Positions 33,862-48,189 of a stretch of DNA of 64,000 bases are shown piece by piece. This stretch comes from Mobula hypostoma (lineage: Eukaryota). Made by a program: the position numbers and the translations under genes. The notes beneath the pieces are model-generated. The model was not told the origin of the DNA, searched no databases, and saw only the letters and a list, made by a program, of their open reading frames with translations. The DNA is taken from NCBI RefSeq assembly GCF_963921235.1, contig NC_086098.1, positions 2,790,001 to 2,854,000 on the forward strand. The letters are read 5' to 3'. Each line of letters opens with the position of its first letter. Position 1 is the first letter of the stretch.

Positions 33862-35285
33862 TACACTCAGAGATCACTTTATTAGGTATCTCCTGTCCCA
33901 ACTAAAGTGGCCACTAGTGTATTTTTGTGATCTTCTGCTGCTGTAGCCCATCCACTTCAAGGTGCAACATGTTATGCATTCAGAGATGCTTTTCTGTACA
34001 CCACTGTTGTACCGTGTGGTTGTTTGAGTTACTGTCACCTCCCTGTCAACTTGAACCAGTCTGGCCATTCTCCTCTGACCTTCTTCATTAACAAGGCATT
34101 TTCACCCACAGAACTGCTGGTCACGTTTTTCTCATCTGTTTCTGTAAGCTCCAGAGTCTGTTGTGTGTGAAAATCCCAGGAGATCAGCAGTTTCTGATAT
34201 ACTCAAACCTCCCCATCTGGCACCAACAATCATGCCACAGTCAAAGTCACTGCTACATGCTCAAGGAGATGTGTTTTTTTTTGTGAGAATGATGTAATGG
34301 TCTCTTGGAGGTCATCTGATGTGATTTTCCCATCGATGTGATTTCACGTGATGACATGTGCACCATGGCTATATAAGCGTCGACCCAGTAGGTTTTTAGT
34401 TTGTAGATTTCCAGGTAGAACGTGCTGTATCTCCGTTTCTGTTGCGTGTTTGTTTTTGTGACGCAGTTTCATTTTTAAAATGGTTTTGCGTTTTATTGCA
34501 AGATACCATATTATTGGACTGGAAATTTTTGGCTAGATGTGTTGATTTACCCAATTCCAACAGTAGAAGGAAGAGTGAAGAATTTATCAAAGTATAGGAC
34601 CAAAGGATCAAGAGACGTCAACATCGTTTGGCAGTTTAATGAAGGATCAACCTTATTGAGGCTTCATTGGGGCAGTAGCTACCTGCATCAGAGATAACTC
34701 TTGGCAAAAAGAGCAAGGAGTTCATGCAATGATTTGCTCTCTCTCTAAAAGAATTTAAGGTCAGTTGTTTTAAACTGTTTATTCACTGCATTGTGAATCC
34801 TTTGGACAGAACCAGCAGGAAAGTCGCGTCTATGAAGAAATCCTTCCCCAGAGAAGTCTCTCCCAATTGAACGTATAAATCTGTTGGACTTTCGAATTTA
34901 CCATTTTAAGAACTATATCTGACTTTATCACTTTAAGAACTGTTTTCGCATTTAACTCTTTAAGAAACCAGTGCCAAGTGACGATTTGTTTGAACGGTTG
35001 CATACCAGTTAACTTCCGGTTAAAGTTTTTGTTTGTTTTTTTTCCTTACCGTTTATCCGTGTTTAATAAATGTTTGGTTGTTTTTATATACCCTGTCTCG
35101 ATTGATATTCATTGTTGCCGTTTACGTAACAGTCACTTAGATCACATTTCTTTCCCATTCTGATGTTTGATATAAATAATAACTGACTCTCTTGACTATG
35201 TCGGCATATTTTTATGCATTGAGTTACTGCCACATGATTGGCTGATTAGATATTTGCATTAATGATCAGGTGTACTAATGCCGTA
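33862..35285 (-). mobile_element. Non-autonomous Tc1 derivative interrupted by a solo LTR
   Basis: TIR-like CACTCAG..CACTTTATTAGGTA; ORF 33874-34068 is a Tc1 HTH region (ARLVQVDR..TVTQ..SISE..LKWMGYSSRR). Confidence 0.85.
34251..35131 (+). mobile_element. Solo LTR, 881 bp
   Basis: TGCTACAT...ACGTAACA ends; exact 5-bp TSD GTCAC (34246-34250 and 35132-35136); TATATAA near 34370 and AATAAA near 35065. Confidence 0.87.
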
Positions 35286-35489
35286 GCATTAGTGCTTTAA
35301 ATGTTACACAGATAAGCCATTAGATGGAGAAATATTGCAGATACCAGATTCTTGGAACCGCGATATGACAAAAATGTCCATTTGATTTAACTTTGACAGC
35401 CAGTGGCCAATCACAATTAAATAATGGAGGGGGCAGTACCCCAGATTTGTCTCCACTTCCTGCATCAAGGAATATGGAGAGGAGAGCAG

Positions 35490-37365
35490 AGAATAAAAAC
35501 TGACTGTAAAAGCTTTTATAGATATGTGAAAAGAAAAGGACTGGTTAAGACAAATGTAGGTCCCTTACAGTCAGGAACAGGTGAATTGATCATGGGGAAA
35601 AAGACATGACAGACCAATTGATTAACTACTTTAGTTCTGCCTTCACTAAGGAGGACATAAATAATCTTCCGGAAATAGTAGGGGACAGAGGGTCCAGTGA
35701 GATGGAGGAACTGAGTGAAATACATGTTAGTAGGGAAGTGGTGTTAGGTAAATTGAAGGGATTGAAGGCAGATAAATCCCCTGGGCCAGATGGTCTGCAT
35801 CCCAGAGTGCTTAAGGAAGTAACACAAGAAATAGTGGATGCATTAGTGATAATTTTTCAAAACTCTTTAGATTCCGGACTAGTTCCTGAGGATTGGAGGG
35901 TGGCTAATGTAACCCCACTTTTTAAAAAAGGAGGGAGAGAGAAACCAGGGAATTATAGACCAGTTAGCCTAACATCGGTGGTGGGGAAACTGCTAGAGTC
36001 AGTTATCAAAGATGTGATAACAGCACATTTGGAAAGCGGTGAAATCATCAGACGAAGTCAGCATGAATTTATGAAAGGAAAATCATGTCTGACGAATCTC
36101 ATAGAATTTTTTGAGGATGTAACTAGTAGAGTGGATAGGGGAGAACCAGTGTATGTGGTATATTTGGATTTTCAAAAGGCTTTTGACAAGGTCCCACACA
36201 GGAGATTAGTGTGCAAACTTAAAGCACACGGTATTGGGGGTAAGGTATTGGTGTGGGTGGAGAATTGGTTAGCAGACAGGAAGCAAAGATTGGGAATAAA
36301 CGGGACTTTTCAGAATGGCAGGCAGTGACTAGTGGGGTACCGCAAGGCTCAGTGCTGGGACCCCAGTTGTTTATAATATATATTAATGACTTAGATGAGG
36401 GAATTAAATGCAGCATCTCCAAGTTTGTGGATGACACGAAGCTGGGCGGCAGTGTTAGCAGTGAGGAGGATGCTAAGAGGATGCAGGGTGACTTGGATAG
36501 GTTGGGTGAGTGGGCAAATTCATGGCAGATGCAATTTAATGTGGATAAATGTGAGGTTATCCACTTTGGTGGCAAGAACAGGAAAACAGATTATTATCTG
36601 AATGGTGGCTGATTAGGAGAAGGGGAGGTGCAACGAGACCTGGGTGTCATTGTACACCAGTCATTGAAAGTGGGCATGCAGGTACAGCAGGCGGTGAAAA
36701 AGGCGAATGGTATGCTGGCATTCATAGCAAGAGGATTCGAGTACAGGAGCAGGGAGGTACTACTGCAGTTGTACAAGGCTTTGGTGAGACCACACCTGGA
36801 GTATTGTGTGCAGTTTTGGTCCCCTAATCTGAGGAAAGACATCCTTGCCATAGAGGGAGTGCAAAGAAGGTTCACCAGATTGATCCCTGGGATGGCAGGA
36901 CTTTCATATGATGAAAGACTGGATCGACTAGGATTATACTCTCTGGAATTTAGAAGATTAAGGGGGGATCTTATTGAAACATATAAAATTCTAAAAGAAT
37001 TGGACAGGCTAGATGTGGGAAGATTGTTGCCGATGTTGGGGAAGTCCAGAACGGGGGGGTGTCACAGTTTGAGGACAAAGGGGAAGCCTTTTAGGACCGA
37101 GATGAGGAAAAACTTCTTCACACAGAGAGTGGTGAATCTGTGGAATTCTCTGCCACAGGAAACAGTTGAGGCCAGTTCATTGGCTGTATTTAAGAGGGAG
37201 TTAGAAAAGGCCCTTGTGGCTAAAGGGATCAGAGGGTATGGAGAGAAGGCAGGTATAGTGTTCTGAGTTGGATGATCAGCCATGATCGTACTGAATGGCG
37301 GTGCAGGCTCGAAGGGCCAAATGGCCTACTCCTGCACCTATTTTCTATGTTTCTATGTTTCTATA
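35490..37365 (+). mobile_element. Young CR1 LINE, 5'-truncated
   Basis: ORFs of 240, 119 and 212 aa span RT to C-terminus with few breaks; TTTCTATG tail. Confidence 0.94.
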
Positions 37366-37404
37366 TGGAGAAATACCAAGCCATCTAACTCACTTAAGTT
37401 AGAA

Positions 37405-39750
37405 AATAAAGATGATGTGCTGGCTGCCTTCAAAAGAGTGAATCTGAGGAAAGCATCTGGTCCAGACAGGGCACCTTGCCGAGTACTGAAGATTTGTACT
37501 GATCAACTGGCTGGGGTATTCAAAGATATCTTCAACGTCTTGCTTCAGCAGTGTGTTGTGCCCACATGCTTCAAGTTGGCTTCAATCGTATCGGTGCCCA
37601 AGAAGAACATGGTAACCTGTCTAAATGACTATCGCCCAGTGGCACCTACATCTATAGTAATTATGTATCTTGAGAGGCTAGTGTTGAAGCGTATCAGCTC
37701 CTGTCTGAACGGTGACTTGGATCTGCTCTAATTCTCTTATCAAAGCAACAGATCCACAGCAGATGCTATCTCATTGACTCTTCACACAACCCTGGAACAT
37801 CTGGACAGCAAAAGTGCATACATCAGGATGCTCTTTATTTATTACAGCTCAGCGTTTAACACCATCATCCCCTCAAAACTAATCAGTAAACTCCAAGATC
37901 TGGGCCTCAATACCCCCTTGTGCAATTGGATCCTGGATTTCCTCACTTGTAGACCCCAGTCAATTTGAATTGGCAAAAACATCTCCTCCATAATCTCCAT
38001 CAGCACAGGGGAACTGCGGGGCTGTGTGCTTAGCTCCCTGCTCTACTTGTTTTACACACTATGACTGTGCGGTCAAGCACAGCTCCAACACCATAAATGA
38101 GTTTGCTGATGACACCACTGTTGTGGGCTGTATCACAGGGTGATGAATCAACATACAGGAGGGAGACTGATAACTTGGCGGAGTGGGGTGATAACAACAA
38201 CCTCTCACACAATGTCAATAAGACCAAGGAACTGAGTGTAGACTTCGGGAAAGGGTAATCAGAAGTTGATGAGCCAGTATTTATTGGAGGATCAGAGCTA
38301 CAGAGGGTCAGTAACTTTCAATTCCTGGGTTTCATTATCTCAGAGGACCTGTCCTAGACCCATCATATAAATGAATTGAATTGAAAATTTAATTGACTTT
38401 ATTTCTTACATCCTTCACATACGTGAGGAGTAAAAATCTTTATGTTACCTCTCCGTCTAAATGTGCAATGTGCAATCATAGTAATTTATAATAATTTATA
38501 ATAAATAGAACAGTCAATGTAACATAGAAATACACTCAAATCAGTGTGAGTTAATCAGTCTGATGGCCTGGTGGAAGAAGCTGTCCCGGAGCCTTTTGGT
38601 CCTGATTTCTATGCCGCAGTACCATCTCCCAGATGGTAGCAGCTGGATCAGTTTGTGGTTGGGGTGACTCAGGTCCCCAATAATCCTTTGGGACCTTTTT
38701 ACACACCTGTCTTTGTAGAAGTCCTGAATCATGGGAAGTTCACAACTACAGATGCGCTGGGCTGTCCGCACCACTCTCTGCAGAGTCCTGCAATTAAGAG
38801 AGGTATAGTTCCCATACCAGGCAGTGATACAGCCAGTCAGGATGCTCTCAATTGTGCTCCTGTAGAAAGTTCTTAGGATCTGGGGGTCCATACCAAACTT
38901 CCTCAATTGTCTGAGGTGGAAGAGGCACTGCTGTGCCTTTTTCACCACACAGCTGGTGTGTACAGACCACGTGAGGTCCTCAGTGATGTGGATGCTGAGG
39001 AACTTAAAGCTGTTTACCCTCTCAACCCCAGATCCATTGATGTCAATATGGGTTAGCCTGTCTCTATTCCTCCTGTAGTCCACAACCGGCTCCTTTGTTT
39101 TTGCAACATTGAGGGAGAAGTTGTTTTCATGACACTACAGTGTCAGAGAGATATAAATATTATTGCGAGGAAAGCACGATGGCGCCTCTACTTACTCAGG
39201 AGTCTGCGGAGGTTTGGCATGTCATTGAAAACCTTGGCAAACTCATGTAGATGTGTGGTGGAAAGCCTGCTGACTGGCTGCATTACGGCCTATTAAGCAG
39301 AAAATCCGACAATAGGTAGTGGATTTGGCTCAGTACGTCATGGGTAAAACCCTCCTAACCATTGAGCATACCTACATGAAATGTTGCCGTAGAAAAGCAG
39401 CATCCATCATCAAAGATCCACACCAACCAGGCCATGCTCTTTTCTCACTGCTGCCATCGGAGAGAAGGTACAAGAGCCTCAGGACTTGCTTGCATTACCT
39501 GGTTCAAGAACAATTACTACCCCTCAACCATCAGGCTCTTGAACAAAAGGGGATAGCTACACTCATTTAAGGACTCAGTTATATTGTTATTTCATGCTTG
39601 TTATTTATGGCTACTTATTTATATCTGCATTTGCACAGTTTCTTTACAGTTTACAGTCACCGTTCTATAGATTTACTTGGCATGCCTACAGAAAATGAAC
39701 CTCAGGGTGGCATATATGTACTCTGATAATAAATTTTACTTTGAACTTTA
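37405..39750 (+). mobile_element. Rex1/Babar LINE RT to 3' end (37405-38372 and 39151-39750)
   Basis: [27 protein letters not shown] motifs; 3'UTR ends GATAATAAATTTTACTTTGAACTTT. Confidence 0.88.
38373..39150 (-). mobile_element. Rex1/Babar 3' end nested antisense in another Rex element
   Basis: 180-aa ORF 38541-39083 (FKFL..ITEDLTW...ESILTGCITAWYG); TSD ATATAAAT at 38365-38372 and 39151-39158. Confidence 0.9.
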
Positions 39751-40854
39751 GTAAAGATAAAGATTAGCCTTATTTGTCACATATACATTGAAACATCAAA
39801 AGATACCTTGAAATGTGTCATTTACATCAAATTAAATCATCGAGGATTACGCTGGACAAGTGGCAAGTATTGTGCTGGGCAGCCCACAAGAATCACCATG
39901 ATTCTGGCACCAATGTAGCATGCGCCCAACCCAATAACCGTGTCCTATCTGTCTTTGGAATGGGGGCTGAACCAGTGCTCCCAAAGGAAACCCAGGTGGT
40001 CATGGGGAGCAGCCGGAGCCAAAACCCCGTTTTCAGTTGACACAGTGAATTGTCACACTAGCCACTGCATTGCCATACCAAACTAATTGGTTTTCTTGGA
40101 GATTTACCCCCCTCCCCCCAAATAGCCTACATGACTTTCATTTTAGCATTGGTCATTAGCTTTTCAAAATTTATATTTATATTAAAAAATTTATTGAGTA
40201 CATAATAAGTATCATCCTTGGGGTTTCTTCCCTTCTGGAAAATAAATCAATTAGCACTTGAGTGTGAGCCATGAACATAATGCTACACTCTTGAAAAGCA
40301 ATTTCATATTCAGAAAATATAGATCAAATGATCTCTTTGCTCCTCGATTGATTTTAGTCGGCAGAAGCGGGTAGAATAAATTCCCACCTCATGTTGTGCT
40401 TTAATTCAATGAAAACTAAACTTCTTTTCAAGATGCGGTGTGCAACAGAGTGAATACCAATGTGCAGATATAGAACTCGGGTGGGTATTTACCTTCAGTT
40501 TTATGTGAAACATGTGCAAAATGGCAGTGCATGTACAAGTATGATTGAATAACCACTAAACTTGACCTTGAATTTGAATTTGACATATGTTCTCAGCACA
40601 TGACATTAGCTAGATCATCACAGTCCAATATGAATATTAAATGAGCCTTGCACGAGGGTTGTCACTGCAGCCTGTCAGCTCTCCACGTGATGCACGTGTG
40701 TACAACCATCCTTCCAGACATGGCGAATAGCTTGAATCACCACAATAGTGTGATTGCACAAAATTCTAAACTAACGAAACTGCAAAAAGCCAAAACAATG
40801 ATTGACCTGAAGCCTAATTTCATGGCCAATAGCTCTGATCTCAGCAAATCTGTC

Positions 40855-41370
40855 AATTTCATATTTATTGTCATCTGACTGTACAGCTATACAACCAAAT
40901 GAAACAATGCACCTCGAGACCATGATGCATGCACAAAACATATATCACGCACTGCACATAAAACAAAATACAACCCAAATAATTTAATAAACATATTTCA
41001 AAATGCATGTTGTGCCCAGCACAGGTAAACAGTAAACAGCTCACTGTGTTGGTACCGAGACCTCGGCAGTGCCAGGGTAGTCTTTAGTCTCACAGCCTAG
41101 GGGAAGAGTCAGTTACCCAGTCTGGCAGTCCGAGTCCTGATGCTCCTGTACCTCCTCCCTGACGGCAGTGGGTCAGAGAGATTGTGGACTGGGTTGTAGG
41201 GATCCTCAACACTGCTTTGTCTACAATCTTCCTGGCAAATAACACAAAGAGTGGGCAGGACCATGATGAAGCTCTCAGCAGTTTTTACTGTCCTCTGAAG
41301 GGACTTGTGGTCCGATGCCTTGCAGCGTCTGTACCACACAATGATGCAGCCAAACGGGACACTCTCAATA
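40855..41370 (-). mobile_element. Rex1/Babar 3' fragment
   Basis: LQRTVKTAE...PLPSGRRYRSIRTRTARLGN. Confidence 0.8.
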
Positions 41371-42434
41371 ATTTAGGTAGCTGAACATTTATAATCCCTG
41401 AAACAAGGAAGCACACTCTGCCCTGAATTTTAAAGTGTCGATGAAGGAAAATTTAGGCTATTTAATTCTCACACAGTCTATGTTTAAGTTAAAGTGCTCT
41501 GTGTTTGATAGATTCAGAAACATCAATGGAATATCACAAGATCTAAGCAGGGCACGCATGCACAAACATGTTAGTAATGCAGATCCAAAGCTGTTCCGAC
41601 AGAAATCAGGTGCAAACATATCCCTGGAGGACTGAGGGAGAAGATGTAACACCAATCCTATCTAAATCACACAGTATGCACTCTCTAGGGGTTGGTGATA
41701 TAATGCTTAATAAACAGAGCGACTGAATAACCTTGCAACACCACAACTTCCAAAACCTAAATCAAAGCATTGGTACCAGTGCATCACAGAGACCCGCTCA
41801 GCTGTGCGGAGCTCATCGTACTGCGATGCATACGCCATTAATTTTTCTCACTGCGGGAAAATATTGGTCTCATCAACAAACAACATTTCCCCAAGCTGCA
41901 GTGTTTAGTCTATAGATTGCACTCCATTTCCAGGGACTCCCTACCAGTTAAAAAAGAAATTATGGGTGTCTTTGAACCGCATGATCATCAGTAGAGACAG
42001 AAATTGCAGAACGACACACTTTCAATCTCGCTGCCATCACATACCAACAGATGCCAGTCCTTGGAGACAGTGTAAGGAAATTGGCAGACTTACTCAAAGT
42101 GGGAGAAATGGTGTAAATGATATTACAATTACATTGCAGGGCAATTTTCACGATGAATGAAGAGCAATACAATTTAAGAGCATTCAGAAGCGGTGAATGA
42201 AGTTCATTATCCATTTATAATATCAACTGCTTCAGGACAACCACTCCAAACAACAAAATGATGCAAACCATTTCACCCAATCAGAACTGAATGAAAAAAT
42301 TGTTTAAACACAGCGTATCACATTGCAGCTGCACAAGAATGGCAAGAAAACACCTCCAGAGTTTCTCAAATGACATTTGTAATAATTTTTGATATACTTT
42401 GGAATTTAGAGTCTAGATGCAAATCCATTGCAGA

Positions 42435-44170
42435 AGACCATAAGACTATAAGACACAATAGCAGAATTAGGCCATTCAGCCCATCGAGTCTGCTCCACCA
42501 TTCCATCATGGCCGATCCCGGATCCCACTCAGCCCCATACACCTGTCTTCTCTCCATATCCTTTGACGTCCTGTCCAATCGGCAAACGATCAACTTCTGC
42601 TTTAAATATACCCACGAACCTGACCTCCACTGCAGTCTATGGCAGAACATTCCATGGATTTACTACTCTCTGGCAAAAAAATTCCTCCTTACCTATATCC
42701 TAAAGGGTTGTCCCTCAATTTTGAGGCTGTTCCCTCTAGTTCTGGATACTCCCACCACAGGAAACATCCTCCCCACATTCACCCTATCTAGTCCTTTCAA
42801 CATTTGATATATTTCAGTGAGATCCCCCCCCCCACATTCTTCTGAAGTCCAATGAGTACAGGCCCAAAGATGCTAAACAGGTCACAATGGGGGGCGTTGG
42901 GAGCAGGGGTGGACCCAAATGCAAGACACATCTTGTGAGGTTAACTTAATTGAGTTAATTGCTCGATACAAGGAGAGCAAAGCAGAAGCAGGAATAGCAA
43001 ACTGGACAAGGACTCAGGCCCTGGACTAGGCCGGGACTAAGGGTCTGGGCTAGGACTCGGAATCACGGACCGCCAGGGCCAGGACTTGACTTGAGACTTG
43101 GATGCCACCAGGGCCAGGGCCAGGACTTGGTACTTGGATCCTCCGGGTAGTGGTGAGCTCTAGACTCGGCCCGGGAACAGTAGACAGCAGCTCTTGATTC
43201 CGTCCAGCGGGTTAACTGAAGGACCCGCCTCAGCGAGGAAACTTTGCAGGCTCGCTTTGGCGAGGTAACTTGACAGGGTTGCTCCGGTGAGGAAAGGCGA
43301 ATTACTGGCACTCACTTCGGGGGGAGACTAGGCTTGCTCCGGCCAGATGACAATGGCTCGCAGTACCTTTGGTGGCTTTGCAACGCTCTTGCGCTGAACG
43401 GCTGAAAGCTGGAGACTATAAACTGCCGGTTCAGCCGAGAGTAAATTGCCTCCAATCACCAAGCCCAAGGGACACAGGAAGACAGGGAACCAAAGGAAAA
43501 CAGGGAGTCAACGGTCCTGATTGTAACATAAACAAAGTAAATTTAAAAGGACCCCGATCCGGACCATAACAAAACACCCCTCATATGTTAAACCCTTCAT
43601 CCTGGAATCATGCTTGTGAACCTCCTCTGAACTCTCTCCAATGATAACATATTCTTTCTGAGATACGGGGCCCAAAACTGTAGGCAATACTCCAAATGTG
43701 GCCTGACTAGTGTCTTATAGGTGCTCAGCAATATCTCCCTGCTTTTATATTCTATTCCCCAGAAATAAATGCCAACATTGCATTTGCCTTCTTTACCACA
43801 GACTGAATTCTATAAATTAACCTTTTGGGAGCCTTGCATGAGGACTTCCAAGTCCCTCTGCATCTCTGATGTTTGAACCTTATCCCCATTTAGGTAATAA
43901 TCCACACTATTGTTCCCTTTACCAAAATGCATTATCATACATTTCCCAACACTATATTCCATCTGGCACTTTTTTGTCCATTCTTCCAATTTGTCTAAGT
44001 CCTGCTGCAATTGCATTGGTTCCTCAACACTACCTATCCCTCCAATTATCTTTATATCATCCGCAAACTTTGCTACAAAGCTATCAATTGCATGATCTAA
44101 ATCATTGATAAACAATGTGAAAAGCAGCAGTCCCAATGTGACTCCTGAGGAACACCACTAGTCACCGGCA
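42435..44170 (-). mobile_element. CR1 fragment split by a solo LTR
   Basis: FINDLD..FADDIK ORF 43810-44136; 3'UTR at the left. Confidence 0.88.
42880..43571. mobile_element. Solo LTR, 692 bp (Gypsy-like by inference)
   Basis: (G)GTCAC...ATAACA ends; 5-bp TSD AAACA at 42875-42879 and 43572-43576; CpG-rich, with internal GGACT repeats. Confidence 0.8.
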
Positions 44171-44439
44171 GGAAAGTTGCTAAACTGAGAGAGGAAACGT
44201 TAAGAGTATGCATACAGGTCAGCTAATGGTTTTCCATATTCAGGTAGAACATTAAATTACCTTTATTGATAATTGATGGCTTAAAATAGGAATAAATGCT
44301 ATTACTATTCTCTGGATCATAAAAAAGCTATCATACAAAATTAATGCAAGAAGAAATGCTCCAGTGTTTGTATAAGAGATCGCAAATCATTCAGGAACCT
44401 AGGTCTCCTTCCAATGCCATTGTTGTCATCCCATTCTAA

Positions 44440-45775
44440 GCACAAGAAGTTCTGCAGAGCAACACAGACAAAATGATTCCAGGATTGAAAGGATATTATT
44501 TGAGGAGCATTTGATGGATCTGGGCCTCTACTCACTGGAAGTCAGGTCAGGTGGGGGGGGGGGGGCGTGATCTCATTGAAACCAATTGAAGGTTGAAATG
44601 CCTTGAGAGAGTAGATGTGGAGAGAATGTTCCCTATAATGGGAGAGTCTAAGACCAGAGGACACACCTTCAGAATAGAGGGATGTCCATTTAGGAAAGAG
44701 ATGAGATGGAATTTCTTGAGCCAGAGAGTGGTGAATCTGTGGAATTCAGTGCTGTGGAGGCCAGGCCTTTGGCCATTTTTAAGACAGAGGTTAATAGATC
44801 CTTGATTGGTGAGGACTTGAAGGGATACGGGGAGAAGGTGGGAGATTGGGGCTGAGAGGGAAATGGATCAGCCATGATGAAATGGCAGAGCAGACTCGAT
44901 GGGCCAAATGGCCTAATTCTGCTCCTATTTATGATGTTATCTAAAATGCTGAAGGAACTCAGCAGGACAGGCAGCACCTATGAAGAGGAATAAAGAATCA
45001 AAGTTTTGGGCAGAGAGATAAGGTCTGGAAAGAAAGAGGGAAGAAGCCAAATTAAGGAAGTCTATGGGGTGATTGGAAGGATTATACTGTAAGATAACAA
45101 GTGATAGGTGAAAGCAGGTGAGGGGGGAAAGTAGCTGGCTGGGGGAGGGGGGATGAAGTAAGAACCTGGGAGATGATAGGTGGATTAGGAAATGTGATGC
45201 TGAGGCTTTATAAGGCACTGGTCAGGCCTCATCTTGAGTATTGGAAACAGTTTTAAAGATGTGCTGGAATCGGAGAGGGTCCAGAGGAGGTTCACAAGGA
45301 TGATTCTGGTAATGGAAGGCTTATCATAAGAGGAAAGTTTGATAGCTCTGGGTCTGGTCTCACTGGAATTTAGCAGGATGGGAGGGGATGTCATTGAAAC
45401 CTTTCGAATGTTGAAAGGTCTAGACAGAGTAGGTGTGGAAAAGATGTTTCCCATGGTAGGTGGGTCAAGGACAAGAGGGCATAGCCTCAGGATAGAGAAG
45501 CGTCCATTTAAACAGACATGCACAGACATTTATTTAGCCATAGGGTGGTGAATTTGTGGAATTTATTACCACAGGCAGCTGTGGAGGCCAGGTTGTTGGG
45601 GTACTTAAGGCAGAGCTTGATAGGTTCTTGATTGGATATGGCATCAAAGGTTATGGGGAGAAGGCAGAAGATTGGTGCTGAGAGAAAAATTGAATCAGCC
45701 ATGATTAAATGGTGAAGCAGACTTGATAGGCCAAATGGCCTAATTCTGCTCCTATGTCTCATGGTCTTATGGTCC
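44440..45775 (+). mobile_element. Two CR1 3' fragments (about 44440-44935 and 45186-45775) separated by a minus-strand Penelope pLTR remnant
   Basis: ORFs 44593-44805 and 45339-45551 are CR1-like; the middle part matches the purine-rich pLTR strand. Confidence 0.8.
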
Positions 45776-46469
45776 AAATTGATGTTGATACCATCAGGTT
45801 TAGACGTCATTCCATTCTTTTGTGTATTGTGAAGACTCAAACATGGCTGCAGAATACGGTATTGTCACGAGATATTTTCTATGCAAATCTATGCAGTCAC
45901 ACTTTCTTCTCTTTGCACTGTTTCGTAGTAACTCATCCCTTTGAATATAGGAGTTTTCAAAATAAGGGCCATGTCCCTGGATCAAAATGGAAAGTGACCT
46001 GTGTAGCAAGCAGGGCATGTTGTGTTTGCAACTCCTTCCAAATAGCATTTTAAAAGTTTGTATTTTCAAATCATTAAAGGGATTCTCTTAAACACAAGAG
46101 ATTCTATAGATGCTGGAAATCCTGAACAACACACACAAAATGCCGGAGGAACTCAGCAGTTGAGGCAGCTTCTATGGAAATGAATATACAGTTGACATTC
46201 TGGGCTGAGACACTTCAACAGTTGAAAGTTCTTTTTTGTGTTGTTCAAATATGTGGTGCCAGTGGTATTTTTGCCATCTAATATTACTGATTTCAGCCAG
46301 TATGTCATCTCTCGAGCAGGATAATAGATAGAAAGGATAATCAGTTCCTAAAATCTTTACAATTCTGAAAATGCTTAGTTATAAAATTACTAAGGCTTGG
46401 AAAGAAATCACATGTCTGTCCACTTAACCAAATGACTGAAATAGACACAGGAGAAATATTTATATTTAG

Positions 46470-47172
46470 ACCATAAGATATAGGAGCAGAAGTAGGCCAT
46501 TTGGCCCATTGTGTCTGCTCTGCCATTCAATCATGGGCAGATCCAATACTTCCAGTCATCCCCACTCCTCTGCTTTCAACCCAAACCCTTTGATGCCCTG
46601 GCTAATCAAGAACCTATCTATCTCTGCCTTAAATGCACCCAGTGACTTGGCCTCCACAGCTGCTTGGGGCAACAAATTCCATAGATTTACCACCCTCTGA
46701 CTAAAGTAATTTCTTCGCATCTCTGTTCTCAATGGACGTCCTTCAATCCCGAAATCATGCCCTCTTGTCCTAGACTCCCCTACCACGGGAAATAACTTTG
46801 CCATATCTAATCTGTTCATGCCTTTTAACATTTGGAATGTTTCTATGAGATCCCCCCCCCCCCATTCTCCTGAACTCCAGGGAATACAGCCCAAAAGGTG
46901 CCAGATGTTCCTCATACCATAACCCTTTCATTCCTGGAATCATTCTTGTGAATCTTCTCTGAACCCTCTCCAATGTCAGTATTTCCGCTTTAAAATAAGG
47001 ACCCCAAAACTACACACAATACTCCAAGTGTGGTCTCACGAGTGCCCTACAGAGCCTCAGCATCACATTCCTGCTCTTATATTCTATGCCTCTAGAAATG
47101 AATGCCAACATTCCATTCACCTTCTTCACCACTGACTCAACCTGGAGGTTAACTTTTAGGGTATCCTGCACA
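46470..47172 (-). mobile_element. CR1 3' fragment
   Basis: ERVQRRFTRMIPG and FSQRVVNLWN. Confidence 0.9.
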
Positions 47173-48189
47173 TTTATGTATATAGTATCTGTTAAATCAT
47201 TTGGCTATCCCACAAGTCAGAATCAGAATCTGATTAAATATCACTGGTATGTCATGAAATTTGTTGATTTGCTGCAACAATACAATGCAAAATAATAAAA
47301 ATATATAAATTACAATAAGAAATATATAAGACCATAACATATAGGAGTGGAATAGGCCATTTGGCCCATCGAGTCTGCTGCACCATTTCATTATGGCTGA
47401 TCCAATTTTCCTCTCAGCCCCAATCTCTTGTTTTCTCCTCATATCCATTCATCCCCTGACCAACGAAGAATCTATCAACCTCTGCCTTAAATATACGTAA
47501 AGACCTGGCGTACTGACTAGATGTATAGTTTAAAGACTATCCATATAGTTAAATTAAATAAGTTGACCAAAAAAAAAGAAATAAAAAATAGTGAGGTAGT
47601 GTTGATGGGTTCAGGGATTATTCAGAAATCCGATGGCAGAGAGGAAGAAGCCTTTTTTAAAACGCTGAGTATCTTCAGACTCCTCTACCTATGAACAATG
47701 GATTTTCCAGCATCTACAGAATCTCTTCTGTTTATTATTTGTTGCTCCACTGCAAGGTGTCTTTGAGATGTGCCTATCCTGAGAAGTTTAAAGCTTCTCT
47801 TTAATGGGAGTTCAATGAGACCCTCTCTCACTGCTCCCTGTCTATGATCTCTGCTACTTTCCAATTCTTAGACCATGTGCTCACTCAGACACACACCTAT
47901 CACCTGCCAGTTTGTACTTATTCCCCTCCTTCCACCTCTGGATCCTGCACCCTTTATTTACAGGGTCTCAGCCTGAAATATCGACTCTTTATTCCTCTCC
48001 ACGGATACTGCCTGACCTGTTAAGTTCCTCCAGTATTTACCGTGTGTTACTTGGCTTTCACTGTAAATTCAAGGTCAAATCCAGGATCACCGTGTTTTCT
48101 GGGGCACATTCAGTGTGTCAATATGGTTTGCTTCAGTGTTGCTTTTCAGTCAGAATGCTCAGATGCCAAATATAAGAATTCTATGACAT

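Noticed and set aside
41960..42214. Minus-strand exon with a GTAAGT donor near 42090
   Set aside because: No convincing acceptor and no recognisable peptide
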